The notes: generated by a model from the sequence alone, not told the origin. A stretch of 64,000 nt of DNA from Candidatus Scatovicinus merdipullorum (GCA_018712865.1 DVGH01000034.1:48941-112940); one strand, 5' to 3'; counted from the first letter of the stretch, positions 1-9,674 are shown. Made by a program: numbers and translations.

Positions 1-1
1 C

Positions 2-586
2 TATTACTTTCCACCGCTTACCGGCACCTACATTCGCTTTGCCCGTTATATTGTCACACTTGCCACGCTGGTCATTACACCGCTGTGGCTGCTCGCCCTG
101 AAAAACCCGGATCTTGTCCCCAAACCTTTTGAGTTTATATTGATCACAGAGCCTGTCAATATCCCTGTTTTCTGGCAGCTAATGATTCTGGAACTGGGCA
201 TAGACGGCCTACGCCTTGCCTCTGTCAACACACCAAACAGCCTAAGCACCTCTTTAAGTATTATCGGCGCGATCGCCCTAAGCGATTTTGCCGTCACGGT
301 AGGCTGGTTTTCTACAGAAGCAATTCTTTATATGGCCTTTGTCGCCATCGCCAACTATACGCAGCCAAGCTATGAACTGGGCTATTCGCTTAAATTTCTG
401 CGCATGCTTTTGCTGATTTTGACCCAGCTGTTTAATATATGGGGCTTTTGCGCGGGTATTGCCCTGACCTTTGTCCTGCTGCTGACAAACAAAACGGTAT
501 CGGGCAAAAGCTATTTGTATCCCCTTATCCCGTTTAACGGCAAAGCGCTTGCACGCAAACTGATCCGCACGCCGCTGACAAAATAA
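2..586 (+). CDS. Spore germination protein, GerA/SpoVAF family, C-terminal membrane part (5' end outside the window)
   Basis: The frame of ORF 140..586 stays open back to nt 2 (YYFPPLTGTYIRFARY...). The C-terminal region is polytopic and hydrophobic, as in GerAA/SpoVAF proteins. It lies next to spmAB. Confidence 0.7.
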   Translation, partial: YYFPPLTGTYIRFARYIVTLATLVITPLWLLALKNPDLVPKPFEFILITEPVNIPVFWQLMILELGIDGLRLASVNTPNSLSTSLSIIGAIALSDFAVTVGWFSTEAILYMAFVAIANYTQPSYELGYSLKFLRMLLLILTQLFNIWGFCAGIALTFVLLLTNKTVSGKSYLYPLIPFNGKALARKLIRTPLTK

Positions 587-590
587 ACGT

Positions 591-1070
591 CTACGGATAA
601 AAAAAACGCACGCTTAAAACCGCCATCACCATCCCTGCAAAATCCGCGCACAGCGCAGCAGGGACGGTATGGCGGATTTTTTTGATCCCCACCGCCCCAT
701 AATATACGGCAATTGCATAGAACGTCGTTTCTGTAGAACCCGCCATCACGCTGGCTGCGCGTCCAATAAAGCTGTCCGGGCCGTAATCCTGCAAAATGCT
801 GTTTAAAATTGCCGTTGAGCCGCTGCCGGATACCGGGCGCAGCAGCGCCAACGGGACCACCTCCGCCGGAAAACCCAAAAATTCCGCCGCCGGCCTTATA
901 AAATCGATCAGCATTTCCAGCGCGCCTGAAGCCTTGAGCATATTGACCGCAACAATCAGCCCAATCAGCGACGGCGCAATTTTATAAGTAGAAATCAGTC
1001 CCTGCTTTGCCCCTTCCAAAAAGGTATCAAAGCAGGGAACTTTTTTGATAAAAGCAAATAGAATAATCAA
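591..1070 (-). CDS. spmB: Spore maturation protein B (nucleoside-recognition/Gate domain)
   Basis: 159-aa membrane protein directly downstream of spmA. It reads ...KKVPCFDTFLEGAKQGL... like B. subtilis SpmB. The listed start is TTG at 1070, but the frame is open and SpmB-like up to 1112 (see finding). Confidence 0.8.
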   Translation of the reverse strand: MIILFAFIKKVPCFDTFLEGAKQGLISTYKIAPSLIGLIVAVNMLKASGALEMLIDFIRPAAEFLGFPAEVVPLALLRPVSGSGSTAILNSILQDYGPDSFIGRAASVMAGSTETTFYAIAVYYGAVGIKKIRHTVPAALCADFAGMVMAVLSVRFFYP

Positions 1071-1112
1071 AAAGATTACAAGCGGGATTACATAATTTCC
1101 AAGCTGTTCGAT

Positions 1113-1703
1113 CTAACCCACCTTCTTTGTCCCGCATTTTTGTAACAGCTTTGCCATCGTAATGCCGATTGCAAGCGCAAAAACGGAGCTTACCCATACG
1201 CACGGTAAAATATCAAACGGTGCGCTTGCGCCATGGCTCTGCCGCAAAACGGCAATCGTTGTGGGAATCAGCTGGATCGACGCTGTATTGAGCACAACAA
1301 ACATGACCATACTGTCGTTTGCCCGCTCCTGTTCCGGGTTTTTCAGCTGCATTCTGTGCATAGCCTCTATTCCAAGCGGCGTGGCGGCATTGCCAAGCCC
1401 CAGCAGGTTTGCCGTCACATTGGAGCAAATTGCGCTGCAAGCTTTTTTGTCATCTTTATATTGGGGAAACAGCCCCTTAAGCACAGGGGAAAAGGCTTTT
1501 GCCAGCAGCAAGGTAATCCCTCCACGCTCAGCAATTGCCATCAATCCCGACCAAAGGCACATCATGCCGCACATGGTAAGCAAAAGCTCTATTGCCTCTT
1601 GCGCACCGTTGAGCGCTCCTTGGCTTAATTGCGCCGTTTTTCCTGTAAAAACACCACATATTATGCTAATCAGCAAAATTGCGCCCCATATATAGTTTAG
1701 CAC
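1113..1703 (-). CDS. spmA: Spore maturation protein A
   Basis: 196 aa with the typical SpmA N-terminus MLNYIWGAILLISIICGVFTGK. It is paired with spmB in the same order as Bacillus. Confidence 0.85.
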   Translation of the reverse strand: MLNYIWGAILLISIICGVFTGKTAQLSQGALNGAQEAIELLLTMCGMMCLWSGLMAIAERGGITLLLAKAFSPVLKGLFPQYKDDKKACSAICSNVTANLLGLGNAATPLGIEAMHRMQLKNPEQERANDSMVMFVVLNTASIQLIPTTIAVLRQSHGASAPFDILPCVWVSSVFALAIGITMAKLLQKCGTKKVG

Positions 1704-1748
1704 TATTTGTCACCTCGCCACGGAAAAATAACAAAGATGTTATATTTA

Positions 1749-1777
1749 TTGACAATTATGGCATTTTTTGGTAAAAT
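1749..1777 (+). promoter_or_regulatory. Sigma-A-type promoter for the AbrB-like gene
   Basis: TTGACA (1749-1754), 17-bp spacer, extended -10 TGgTAAAAT (1769-1777), about 60 nt upstream of the start at 1838. Confidence 0.6.
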
Positions 1778-1837
1778 AAAAAAAATTCTGCTAAACCACT
1801 TTATTTTTTACAAGAAAGCGTAGAAGGGAGTCTTACG

Positions 1838-2116
1838 ATGAAAAATGCCACAAACTTTTTTGCCACGGTTGACAATCTGGGACGTATCGTTATTCCAAAG
1901 CCATTAAGAAAGTCTTACGAACTGGAAAGCGGTACTTCTATCGAGCTTTTCCCCACAGACGACACCATTGTCATCAGAAAATACACGCCCGGATGCACCT
2001 TTTGCAACAGTATTACAAACCTTATCAATTACGAAGGAAAGCTGATTTGCAAAGACTGCATCAAAGAACTGGAAGGTAAGCTTTCTGTAAAAAATGAGGA
2101 GGAATCCGCAGAATAA
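1838..2116 (+). CDS. AbrB/SpoVT-family DNA-binding protein with C-terminal CxxC...CxxC zinc-ribbon
   Basis: The N-terminus VDNLGRIVIPKPLRKSYELESGTSIELFPTDDTIVIRKY matches the swapped-hairpin AbrB fold motif. The C-terminus carries CTFCNS...CKDC. RBS is GAAGGGAG. Confidence 0.8.
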   Translation: MKNATNFFATVDNLGRIVIPKPLRKSYELESGTSIELFPTDDTIVIRKYTPGCTFCNSITNLINYEGKLICKDCIKELEGKLSVKNEEESAE

Positions 2117-2159
2117 AAAAAGGCACATAGTAAATATATGCGCCAAAAAAATTTTCATG

Positions 2160-2191
2160 AAAAAACCCGGCACTTCCGTGCTGGGTTTTTT
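2160..2191. terminator. Bidirectional rho-independent terminator between convergent abrB-like and dCMP deaminase genes
   Basis: A-run, stem ACCCGGCAC / GTGCTGGGT (one G-U pair), loop TTCC, T-run. Confidence 0.75.
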
Positions 2192-2215
2192 CTGTCATAA
2201 AGGTTCTGCTTCCTG

Positions 2216-2710
2216 TCAATATCCCATCTCTCCGTGAAGCGATTCGTCGTTTGCAACCCAGTCGTCCACATAAATGGCCGTAAATGTATCCTTGGAATTG
2301 CGTATGATCACACGCTTGATTCCTGCGTTGATGATCATTCGCTTACACATTGCGCACGAATTTGCATCCTTTACATATTCGCCGGTCTTGGCGTCCTTTC
2401 CAACCAGGTACATCGTCGCGCCAATCATGTCGTTTCTGGAAGCATGAATAATCGCGTTTGCCTCTGCATGCACGCTTCTGCAAAGCTCATAGCGCTCACC
2501 TCTTGGTACCTGCATGCTTTCGCGGATGCATACCCCCAGGTCAATGCAGTTATGCCTGCCTCTTGGCGCCCCCACATAGCCGGTCGAAACAATCTGGTCG
2601 TTTTTTACTATAATCGCCCCAAAATTTCGCCTCAGGCACGTACCTCTCTCTAAAACCGTTTCTGCTATATCCAAATAATAATTTTTTTTGTCTATACGGT
2701 TTATTCCCAT
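2216..2710 (-). CDS. comEB: dCMP deaminase (ComEB-type cytidine/deoxycytidylate deaminase)
   Basis: Zinc motifs HAEANAI and CAMCKRMIINAGI. 164 aa. RBS GGAGGAAAAG before the ATG. Confidence 0.85.
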   Translation of the reverse strand: MGINRIDKKNYYLDIAETVLERGTCLRRNFGAIIVKNDQIVSTGYVGAPRGRHNCIDLGVCIRESMQVPRGERYELCRSVHAEANAIIHASRNDMIGATMYLVGKDAKTGEYVKDANSCAMCKRMIINAGIKRVIIRNSKDTFTAIYVDDWVANDESLHGEMGY

Positions 2711-2796
2711 CTTTTCCTCCGTCCGTTTCTTTCAGAGGCCGCGCCCCTTTTTCTTTTATGATAATCCAAATTTAAAAAATAAGCAACATATTTATC

Positions 2797-3711
2797 TCAA
2801 AAATCTAATTTTTCTATATATTCTGCTGCATACACGGCCGCAATTGCTCCATCTGAAGCCGCCGTTACAATCTGCCGCAGTCGTTTGGTACGCGTATCGC
2901 CTGCCGCATACACGCCCTCCATGTTGGTTTTGCAATCTTCCCCCGCTACAATATATCCGTCCTTGTCAAGCTCTAAAAAGTCCCGAAACGGCTCATTGCT
3001 TGGCATCTGTCCAACCGCCACAAACACAGCGTCCGTGCGGTAAAGCTGTTCCTTCCCCGTTTCCCTGTTGACGGTCCGGACCGCTTCCACCTGGTTCTCG
3101 CCCAAAATCTCTGCAATGCTTTCGTTAAAAATAATGGTTACATTCTTCTTTTTCTTCAGCCGCTGCGCCGCTGTTTCTTCCCCCTTGATCCGGTCCCCGC
3201 GGATCAGCAGTTTAACCTCTGCGCAAATATTTGCAAGGTACAGCGCGTCCTCCAGGGCCGTATTGCCGCTTCCGGCCACAATTGCCTGCTTGCCCTTGAA
3301 AAACGCGCCATCGCATGTGGCACAGTAAGACACACCGCGCCCTGTAAGCCGCTGCTCGCCATTGCATTCAAGCTTTCTGCGCACCGCACCGTTTGCAATA
3401 ATTACCGCTTTGGCGGTATATTCCTGTCCGCCTGCCATAAGCTTCTTTTCCTTTCCCTCCAGACAAAGCGGCGTAACGTCTGCAAATACAAACTGCGCGC
3501 CCAGTGCAGAGGCCTGCTCATACAACTGCATTGCAAAATCCGTCCCGCTGATCCTGCGGATCCCCGGATAATTTTCAATTTCATAGGTGTTGACGGTTTG
3601 CCCTCCGTACATGGCCTTGTCAAACACGGCAACGCGTTTTCCTGCACGCAGTGCATAGATAGCGGCACTCATACCGGCGGGGCCTGCGCCGATAATCAAA
3701 ATATCCAACAT
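2797..3711 (-). CDS. trxB: Thioredoxin-disulfide reductase
   Basis: FAD motif IIGAGPAGMSAA, redox-active CATCDG, NADPH motif GSGNTALE. 304 aa. Confidence 0.92.
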   Translation of the reverse strand: MLDILIIGAGPAGMSAAIYALRAGKRVAVFDKAMYGGQTVNTYEIENYPGIRRISGTDFAMQLYEQASALGAQFVFADVTPLCLEGKEKKLMAGGQEYTAKAVIIANGAVRRKLECNGEQRLTGRGVSYCATCDGAFFKGKQAIVAGSGNTALEDALYLANICAEVKLLIRGDRIKGEETAAQRLKKKKNVTIIFNESIAEILGENQVEAVRTVNRETGKEQLYRTDAVFVAVGQMPSNEPFRDFLELDKDGYIVAGEDCKTNMEGVYAAGDTRTKRLRQIVTAASDGAIAAVYAAEYIEKLDF

Positions 3712-3820
3712 ATTTTTTCCCCTTTTCCAAGCATCCTGGTCTGTATTGACAAAAACCTGGATATTGTGTATTTATATTAGTATAGCACAAACACTTTCAA
3801 CAGAACAGGAGAATTTCGTC

Positions 3821-4720
3821 GTGGAACAAATTTTGGTATCGGGCCTTTTAAATACAGAAGCAACCGTACAAATCGACCACTTTCCCATAGAATACTGCCC
3901 CATTCATTTTCCGTTTTTTGGTATAAGTACGTCTGTATCGGGGGTGGGCTTCAACGTTGCAAAAGCGTTGCGCACGCTGGGCGACAGCGTAACACTGTTT
4001 TCCCTGACAGGCAACGACCAAACCGGGCAGACCATTTTGCAGGCTGTGCAAGAAGAAGGGCTGGACGCCGCATATATCCTCCCTGCCCTGGCGCAGTCTC
4101 CCCAGTCAGTCGTTTTATATGACAAAAGCGGAAAGCGCCAGATTTATTGTGACCTGAAGGATATTCAACAGGCCGTATGCGACCCTGCGCTTTTTGCACA
4201 GGCGCTTACAGACTGCAAAGCAGCCATATTATGTAATATCAATTTTAACCGCCCGCTTTTATCGGTTGCAAAAAAGGCCGGCGTTTTGATCGCTACAGAC
4301 GTTCATGTCCTGTCGGATCTGCACGATGCCTTTAATGCAGACTTTATGCACCATGCCGACGTGCTTTTTTTAAGCGACGAGGCAATCCCCGGCGAGCCTT
4401 CGGCCTTTGTAAAAGCGCTTGCCGGCATTTACTGCTGTAAGGTCATTGCCGTGGGTCTTGGCCATAAAGGCGCTTTGCTTTATACAAGGGAAAACGGACA
4501 ATGCATCCATATTCCCGCCGTTTACACCCGTCCGGTTGTCAATACGGTCGGCGCGGGCGACGCGCTTTTTTCCTCCTTTATGCATTTTTATACAAAAACA
4601 AACGACGCGCTTTTCTCTTTACAACGCGCCGTGTATTTTGCCTCTTATAAAATTGGCGAAGCGGGCGCGGCAAACGGCTTTATAGATGAATCGGCGCTTA
4701 ACTCCCTGATAAATACCTAA
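3821..4720 (+). CDS. PfkB-family carbohydrate/nucleoside kinase
   Basis: C-terminal PfkB signature NTVGAGDALFSSF. I moved the start to GTG 3821, 7 nt after CAGGAGAA. The TTG at 3746 in the track is more likely a TTGACA -35 box. Confidence 0.72.
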   Translation: MEQILVSGLLNTEATVQIDHFPIEYCPIHFPFFGISTSVSGVGFNVAKALRTLGDSVTLFSLTGNDQTGQTILQAVQEEGLDAAYILPALAQSPQSVVLYDKSGKRQIYCDLKDIQQAVCDPALFAQALTDCKAAILCNINFNRPLLSVAKKAGVLIATDVHVLSDLHDAFNADFMHHADVLFLSDEAIPGEPSAFVKALAGIYCCKVIAVGLGHKGALLYTRENGQCIHIPAVYTRPVVNTVGAGDALFSSFMHFYTKTNDALFSLQRAVYFASYKIGEAGAANGFIDESALNSLINT

Positions 4721-4785
4721 CGGACGTATACAACGGCGGCAAAGGCAAATAATAAATTAAATTCTACATAATACAGTAGGAATGG

Positions 4786-5334
4786 ATGATTCTTATGCCC
4801 GTCGTCGTGTTATGCTCCTGCCGCAGGGACCAAAGCCTGTACCATATCCTTCTGCGCGCGCTTTCCAATTATGGCGGCGTACAGGCTATGCTTGGCAATA
4901 CTCTGTATACAAGCTGTCAGGACCCCCATTTTACGCTTTTCTGTACGCACAGCGCACCACGTGCCGACAACACAAAGGGCGTTTTGGTATTTGACGAAAA
5001 TTTTAAAAACGCGGGCAGCTTTCCGCTTTCCCAGGGCCTGATCCCCGTTTTGGAAAGCAATAACAAAAAGGCGGTTTCCCGCTTAAAAGACACAAGCCAC
5101 ATTGCCATTACCTGCGGCACCGGCCTGCGCGACACCTTAAGCATTGCAAGCCTGGACGATATGCGCGCCACCATCAGCCTGCAGCGTGAGCTGACCTCTA
5201 TAAACGGCGACGCATACGAACCGCACGACTTTATTGCGCATCTTTCCCAAAAGACAGATGTTTACCCGCTGCTTGCCGTGTGCGGAACGCTTTTGCTGTG
5301 CGGGATTAAACCGGAGGATGGCTATTATATTTAA
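4786..5334 (+). CDS. Hypothetical protein resembling a degenerate Mur-ligase central domain
   Basis: 182 aa. VVVLCSCRRDQSLYHILLRAL sits where Mur ligases carry the ...TGxxGKT P-loop. The C-terminus (...YPLLAVCGTLLLCGIKPED) resembles the hNv.NaLaA...G segment. It looks paralogous to ORF 16310..16897. Confidence 0.45.
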   Translation: MILMPVVVLCSCRRDQSLYHILLRALSNYGGVQAMLGNTLYTSCQDPHFTLFCTHSAPRADNTKGVLVFDENFKNAGSFPLSQGLIPVLESNNKKAVSRLKDTSHIAITCGTGLRDTLSIASLDDMRATISLQRELTSINGDAYEPHDFIAHLSQKTDVYPLLAVCGTLLLCGIKPEDGYYI

Positions 5335-5498
5335 ATTCAATAGGCAATGCTGTCTTTTCTGTTTATCCAGACCTTCTCCATGGGGGTGTTTTATAGAGGC
5401 TTTTATCTTATCCACCGAGTTTCTGCGTTTATATAGATTACTTCTAAAAAGACTTTCTTCATTTCTTGTGGAAGAAACGAACAAAAGACCAAAAAAGA

Positions 5499-5523
5499 GG
5501 GGACTTGCAAAGTTCCTTTTTTT
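5499..5523 (+). terminator. Candidate rho-independent terminator
   Basis: Stem GGGGACTT / AAGTTCCT (with G-U pairs), loop GCA, followed by TTTTTTT. Confidence 0.45.
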
Positions 5524-5613
5524 ATTTGTTCCAAAACTTGCTTTTGTTTGCACTTTATGCAGGTAAGATAAAAACCCGCAGAAAGTTTAAAAAACAAAAA
5601 GAAGCGCGCCCGG

Positions 5614-6462
5614 CTATGCCAATTGTCCATCTTCCTTGTACAGGCCCCGCAAAAGCTTAATCTCCTGCGCATAGCCTGCAAGGTCGTTTGGCGTTTCCAA
5701 ATAAAACGGCAAATGCCGAAGCTTTGGGTGATTGATCACCCTGACAATTGCCTCCAGCCCCAAATGGCCGTTGCCAATCGTTTCGTGCCTGTCCTTATGG
5801 CTGCCGCCCGGGTTTTTGCTGTCGTTCAAATGGATCGCATACAGCCGCTCAAGGCCAATCACCCGGTCAAATTCCTCCAAAACGCCGTCTAAGTCATGCA
5901 CAATGTCATACCCCGCGTCGCTCACATGGCAGGTGTCCAGGCACACGCCCATTTTTTCATTTAGCTGCACACGGTCTAAAATTGCGCGCAGCTCTTCAAA
6001 GCTGCGGCCTACCTCGCTGCCCTTTCCCGCCATCGTTTCCAACAGCACGGTCGTGGTCTGCTCCGGCTTTAAAATCGTGTTAAGAAGCGCTGCAATCATC
6101 TCTATTCCCGCCTCTGCCCCCTGCTTTACATGACTGCCCGGATGAAAATTATAATAATTATGCGGCACATGCTCCATCCGCTTTAAGTCATCCTCCATAA
6201 TCATCTGCGCCAGCTCCCTGGTGTGAGCGTCCGCAGAGCAGGCATTCAGCGTATACGGCGCATGCGCCAAAATGGGAGCAAATCCCTTATCCGCTATATA
6301 TGCATGAAACTGCGCAATATCCTCCGGGTCTATATCCTTTGCCGCAAACCCTCTGGGATTGCGCGTAAAAAATTGGAACGTGTTGGCGCCTATGGACACC
6401 GCCTCTTGCGCCATATGGGTAAACCCCTTGGCAGCCGACAAATGTGAACCAATATGCAGCAT
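5614..6462 (-). CDS. nfo: Deoxyribonuclease IV (endonuclease IV)
   Basis: [14 protein letters not shown]...[13 protein letters not shown]... and H/D/E metal ligands throughout. Start set at ATG 6462 behind GAAAGGACGG. The 26-codon extension in the track lacks an RBS. Confidence 0.9.
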   Translation of the reverse strand: MLHIGSHLSAAKGFTHMAQEAVSIGANTFQFFTRNPRGFAAKDIDPEDIAQFHAYIADKGFAPILAHAPYTLNACSADAHTRELAQMIMEDDLKRMEHVPHNYYNFHPGSHVKQGAEAGIEMIAALLNTILKPEQTTTVLLETMAGKGSEVGRSFEELRAILDRVQLNEKMGVCLDTCHVSDAGYDIVHDLDGVLEEFDRVIGLERLYAIHLNDSKNPGGSHKDRHETIGNGHLGLEAIVRVINHPKLRHLPFYLETPNDLAGYAQEIKLLRGLYKEDGQLA

Positions 6463-6636
6463 GTTTTTTTCCGTCCTTTCATATAATTGCATATTGTAGT
6501 TATTATACCACAATTGCAGGCAGACAACAACGCAACGCATCTATGGTTTTTATTCTCTGTTTTGCAATTGCACAAACGGCAGTTTCGGTGTATAATTTTT
6601 TTCGTGCGAATCTATATACAGAAAAGGGGCGGCATT

Positions 6637-7563
6637 ATGATCTATGACAACGTGCTCGAAGCGATCGGCCATACGCCGGTCATACGCTTAAACAGAATGG
6701 CAGACAAAAGCGGCGCACAGGTGCTTGTAAAATACGAAGGGCTCAACGTAGGCGGGTCAATCAAAACCAGAACCGCTTATAACATGATCTTGCAGGGCGA
6801 AAAAGATGGACTTATCCATAAAGACACCATTATTGTAGAGCCCACCAGCGGCAACCAGGGCATTGGCCTTGCGCTGGTCGGCGCGGTGCGCGGCTACCAA
6901 ACAGTCATCATTATGCCAGACTCGGTAAGCTACGAGCGCAGAAAGCTGGTCGAACACTACGGCGCAAAGGTCATTTTGATCCATGACGACGGCAACATCG
7001 GCAAATGCATAGAAACCTGCCTGCAAACAGCGCTGCAAATGGCAAAGGACGACCCGCGCGTTTATGTTCCGCAGCAGTTTGAAAACCCCGCCAACCCGCT
7101 TGTACATAAGCACCACACCGCCTTGGAGATTATGGAACAGGTCGCACAGCCAATCGACGGCTTTTGCTCCGGTATAGGAACAGGCGGTACTATTACCGGC
7201 ATAGGCGAGGTGCTAAAAGCGCAATATCCCGATATCCTGATCTGGGCGGTCGAGCCGGAAAACGCGGCAATTTTAGCAGGCGGCAACATAGGCACCCATT
7301 TGCAGATGGGCATAGGCGACGGCCTGATCCCCCGCAACCTGAACACACAGATTTACGACGATATTTATATCGTAAGCGACGAAGAAGCCATACAAACCGC
7401 CAAGGATCTTGCGCGCCTGGAAGGCCTCATGTGCGGGATTTCCTCCGGCACAAATGTAGCGGCCGCACTGAAAATGGCAAAAAAACTTGGCCCCGGCAAA
7501 ACCGTTATTACCGTGCTGCCAGATACTGCCGAGCGTTATTTCAGCACGCCGCTTTTTACCTGA
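6637..7563 (+). CDS. cysK: Cysteine synthase A (O-acetylserine sulfhydrylase)
   Basis: MIYDNVLEAIGHTPVIRLNR..., PLP lysine context GGSIKTR, TSGNQGIG, GIGTGGTITG. Start at ATG 6637 behind GAAAAGGGGCGG. Confidence 0.9.
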   Translation: MIYDNVLEAIGHTPVIRLNRMADKSGAQVLVKYEGLNVGGSIKTRTAYNMILQGEKDGLIHKDTIIVEPTSGNQGIGLALVGAVRGYQTVIIMPDSVSYERRKLVEHYGAKVILIHDDGNIGKCIETCLQTALQMAKDDPRVYVPQQFENPANPLVHKHHTALEIMEQVAQPIDGFCSGIGTGGTITGIGEVLKAQYPDILIWAVEPENAAILAGGNIGTHLQMGIGDGLIPRNLNTQIYDDIYIVSDEEAIQTAKDLARLEGLMCGISSGTNVAAALKMAKKLGPGKTVITVLPDTAERYFSTPLFT

Positions 7564-7579
7564 TTTTCATTTTTTATAG

Positions 7580-7618
7580 AAAAGCACGCCGGGGAACAAT
7601 TTCCCGGCGTGCTTTTTT
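7580..7618. terminator. Bidirectional terminator between convergent cysK and methyltransferase genes
   Basis: AAAA-GCACGCCGGG / CCCGGCGTGC-TTTTTT with a 9-nt loop. Confidence 0.8.
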
Positions 7619-8435
7619 ACAGCGGCATGTTCCGGTTACTGGGCTTTGTCTCCAGCCTGTAAACCTCTATCTGGATCTGATGCCGGATTGCGACGGTGTT
7701 ACCTGGGTATTTCAATAAAAGCGCCCCATACTCCCGGTCAAACTGCCGCACCCTTTCTTCCGGCAGGCTGGCGCCTATTCCCCTGCAGGTTCGGATTCTT
7801 CCGCGCCAGGCATCTTTATCAAAAACAATTTTTTCTTTATATGTATGTACGGTTTCCAATGCAAAATACGGCCTTGCCCAGTCCGGAAACGAATAAGCAA
7901 CCGGGCGAAAACCTCCTCCTGTCCAGTCTGGGTTATACCGCAGCACAAGCGCTTCCATTTCCTGTACCATCGTGTCTTCAAACGGCAGCCATTCCATGGA
8001 AATTTTGCAAAACGCCCCGTCGGGCCGTAAAACACGCGCAATTTCCGGTACTGCCCGCTTTACATCAAAATACCAAAAGCATTGCACGGCGGTTACTGCG
8101 TCAAAGCGGTTGTCTGCAAAGCCGGTATCCTCCGCGCTGCACACTTTAAATGCAATTGCATCCATACCGGCCTTTTCTGCAAGCCTTTTGCCTTCTTTAA
8201 GCTGCTTTTGCGAAGGGTCTGTCGCGGTAAAGCTTGCGCCCGTACCATACATATTGCGCGGCAGCACGGCCGTACCGCTGCCCAGATCCAGTATTTTTTG
8301 GCCCGGCCTTCCAATTCCAAAGGTGCAAAGCTTATCGTACATGCTTTGCGGGTAAATATCCCTGTATTTCCCGTATTCCTCTGCCGTGTTTCCAAAATCA
8401 AAGGCTTTTCCTTTATCGATCGTATCTATATGCAC
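7617..8435 (-). CDS. Class I SAM-dependent methyltransferase
   Basis: Motif I ILDLGSGTAVL, post-I acidic residue, RPDGAF motif. Start moved to GTG 8435 (RBS GAAGAAGG) because the ftsZ terminator overlaps the TTG at 8480. Confidence 0.7.
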   Translation of the reverse strand: MHIDTIDKGKAFDFGNTAEEYGKYRDIYPQSMYDKLCTFGIGRPGQKILDLGSGTAVLPRNMYGTGASFTATDPSQKQLKEGKRLAEKAGMDAIAFKVCSAEDTGFADNRFDAVTAVQCFWYFDVKRAVPEIARVLRPDGAFCKISMEWLPFEDTMVQEMEALVLRYNPDWTGGGFRPVAYSFPDWARPYFALETVHTYKEKIVFDKDAWRGRIRTCRGIGASLPEERVRQFDREYGALLLKYPGNTVAIRHQIQIEVYRLETKPSNRNMPL

Positions 8436-8462
8436 ACAAAAACCTTCTTCCGTTTGCTCATA

Positions 8463-8498
8463 CAAAAAGCAGGAAAACAAGCGTTGCTGTTTTCCTGC
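8463..8498 (-). terminator. Rho-independent terminator downstream of ftsZ
   Basis: On the minus strand: GCAGGAAAACA-gcaacgct-TGTTTTCCTGC followed by TTTTTG. 11-bp perfect stem. Confidence 0.8.
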
Positions 8499-8522
8499 CC
8501 TTTATTTTTATTTTATCCTTTA

Positions 8523-9674
8523 TTATTTACGGTTAAAAATAGACATGATGTCATAGAAGGTGTCATCGTCATCCGCTACATCCACATTGCCCGTTTTCCT
8601 TGCCGCTACATCTTTTGCCGCCGCAACAGAAGCCGCCTGGTTTCTGAGCATTTCTGTCCGTGAAGAGGTCATAGACATTCTGGATGTATGCGCGTTGTCC
8701 TTCTTTCCGCCGTCAAACGATGCAAAGCCTGTAGCAATCACCGTAACGCTCATTTCGTCTTCCATATTTTCATCCAAAACGGCACCCCAGATAATATTTG
8801 CTTCCGGGTCGGCCTGGTCTGTAATCATTGCGGAAGCCGTATCAATTTCATCCAGCCCAATATCCGCAGAAGCCGTTATATTGACAATCACGCCCTTGGC
8901 ACCGTCAATCGAAGTTTCAAGCAGCGGGCTTGTAATCGCCATTCTTGCAGCCTCTTCCGCCTTGTCCTTTCCCTGTGCATAACCAATACCCATGTGCGCA
9001 TAACCCGCATTGTTCATAATAGAGGTTACGTCTGCAAAGTCCAGGTTGACCAAACCGGGAATCAAGATCAGGTCAGAAATGCTTTGTACGCCCTGGCGCA
9101 GCACATCGTCCGCCAGGTCAAACGCATTCTTCAATGTAATGCGCTGTTCACTTGCATATTTCAACCTTTCGTTCGGTACAACAATCAGCGAATCCACATG
9201 CTCCCTTAAGGCCGCAATACCGGCTTCGGCCTGTTCCATACGCTTTTTTCCCTCAAAGGCAAAAGGCTTTGTTACAATGGCAACTGTCAATACGCCCATA
9301 TCCTTTGCAATTTCCGCAACAATCGGCGCAGCGCCCGTGCCGGTTCCGCCGCCCATACCGGCAGTGATAAAGACCATGTCTGTACCCTGCAGCACAGCGG
9401 TAATTTCCTCACGGTTCTCTTCTGCGGCCTCTCTGCCGACCTCCGGCTTAGAGCCAGCGCCTTTTCCATGCGTAATCTTTTCGCCTATCTGAAGCTTTTG
9501 TGAAGCATTGGAAAACTGCAAAACATGGTCGTCGGTATTAATTGCAATAAACTCAACACAGCGCACACCCATTTTTACCATGCGGTTTACAGCGTTTCCG
9601 CCGCCGCCGCCTACGCCAATGACCTTAATAACAGGGATGTTGTTGCTGTACTCTTTTTCAAGCTCGAATGCCAT
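8523..9674 (-). CDS. ftsZ: Cell division GTPase FtsZ
   Basis: Tubulin signature [25 protein letters not shown]. 383 aa. RBS AGGAGGAAG. Confidence 0.97.
   Translation of the reverse strand: MAFELEKEYSNNIPVIKVIGVGGGGGNAVNRMVKMGVRCVEFIAINTDDHVLQFSNASQKLQIGEKITHGKGAGSKPEVGREAAEENREEITAVLQGTDMVFITAGMGGGTGTGAAPIVAEIAKDMGVLTVAIVTKPFAFEGKKRMEQAEAGIAALREHVDSLIVVPNERLKYASEQRITLKNAFDLADDVLRQGVQSISDLILIPGLVNLDFADVTSIMNNAGYAHMGIGYAQGKDKAEEAARMAITSPLLETSIDGAKGVIVNITASADIGLDEIDTASAMITDQADPEANIIWGAVLDENMEDEMSVTVIATGFASFDGGKKDNAHTSRMSMTSSRTEMLRNQAASVAAAKDVAARKTGNVDVADDDDTFYDIMSIFNRK

Noticed and set aside
1838-2173. Toxin-antitoxin reading of the AbrB/MazE-fold gene, with the antisense ORF 1904..2173 or a neighbour as toxin
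   Set aside because: There is no co-oriented partner gene. The gene has its own promoter and bidirectional terminator, and the overlapping minus-strand ORF is a shadow ORF.
5137-5681. Several overlapping 64-138-aa ORFs in the 4786-ORF/nfo intergenic region
   Set aside because: They are mutually overlapping, basic and low-complexity, lack RBSs, and cover a region that holds a terminator-like hairpin. They are treated as non-coding.
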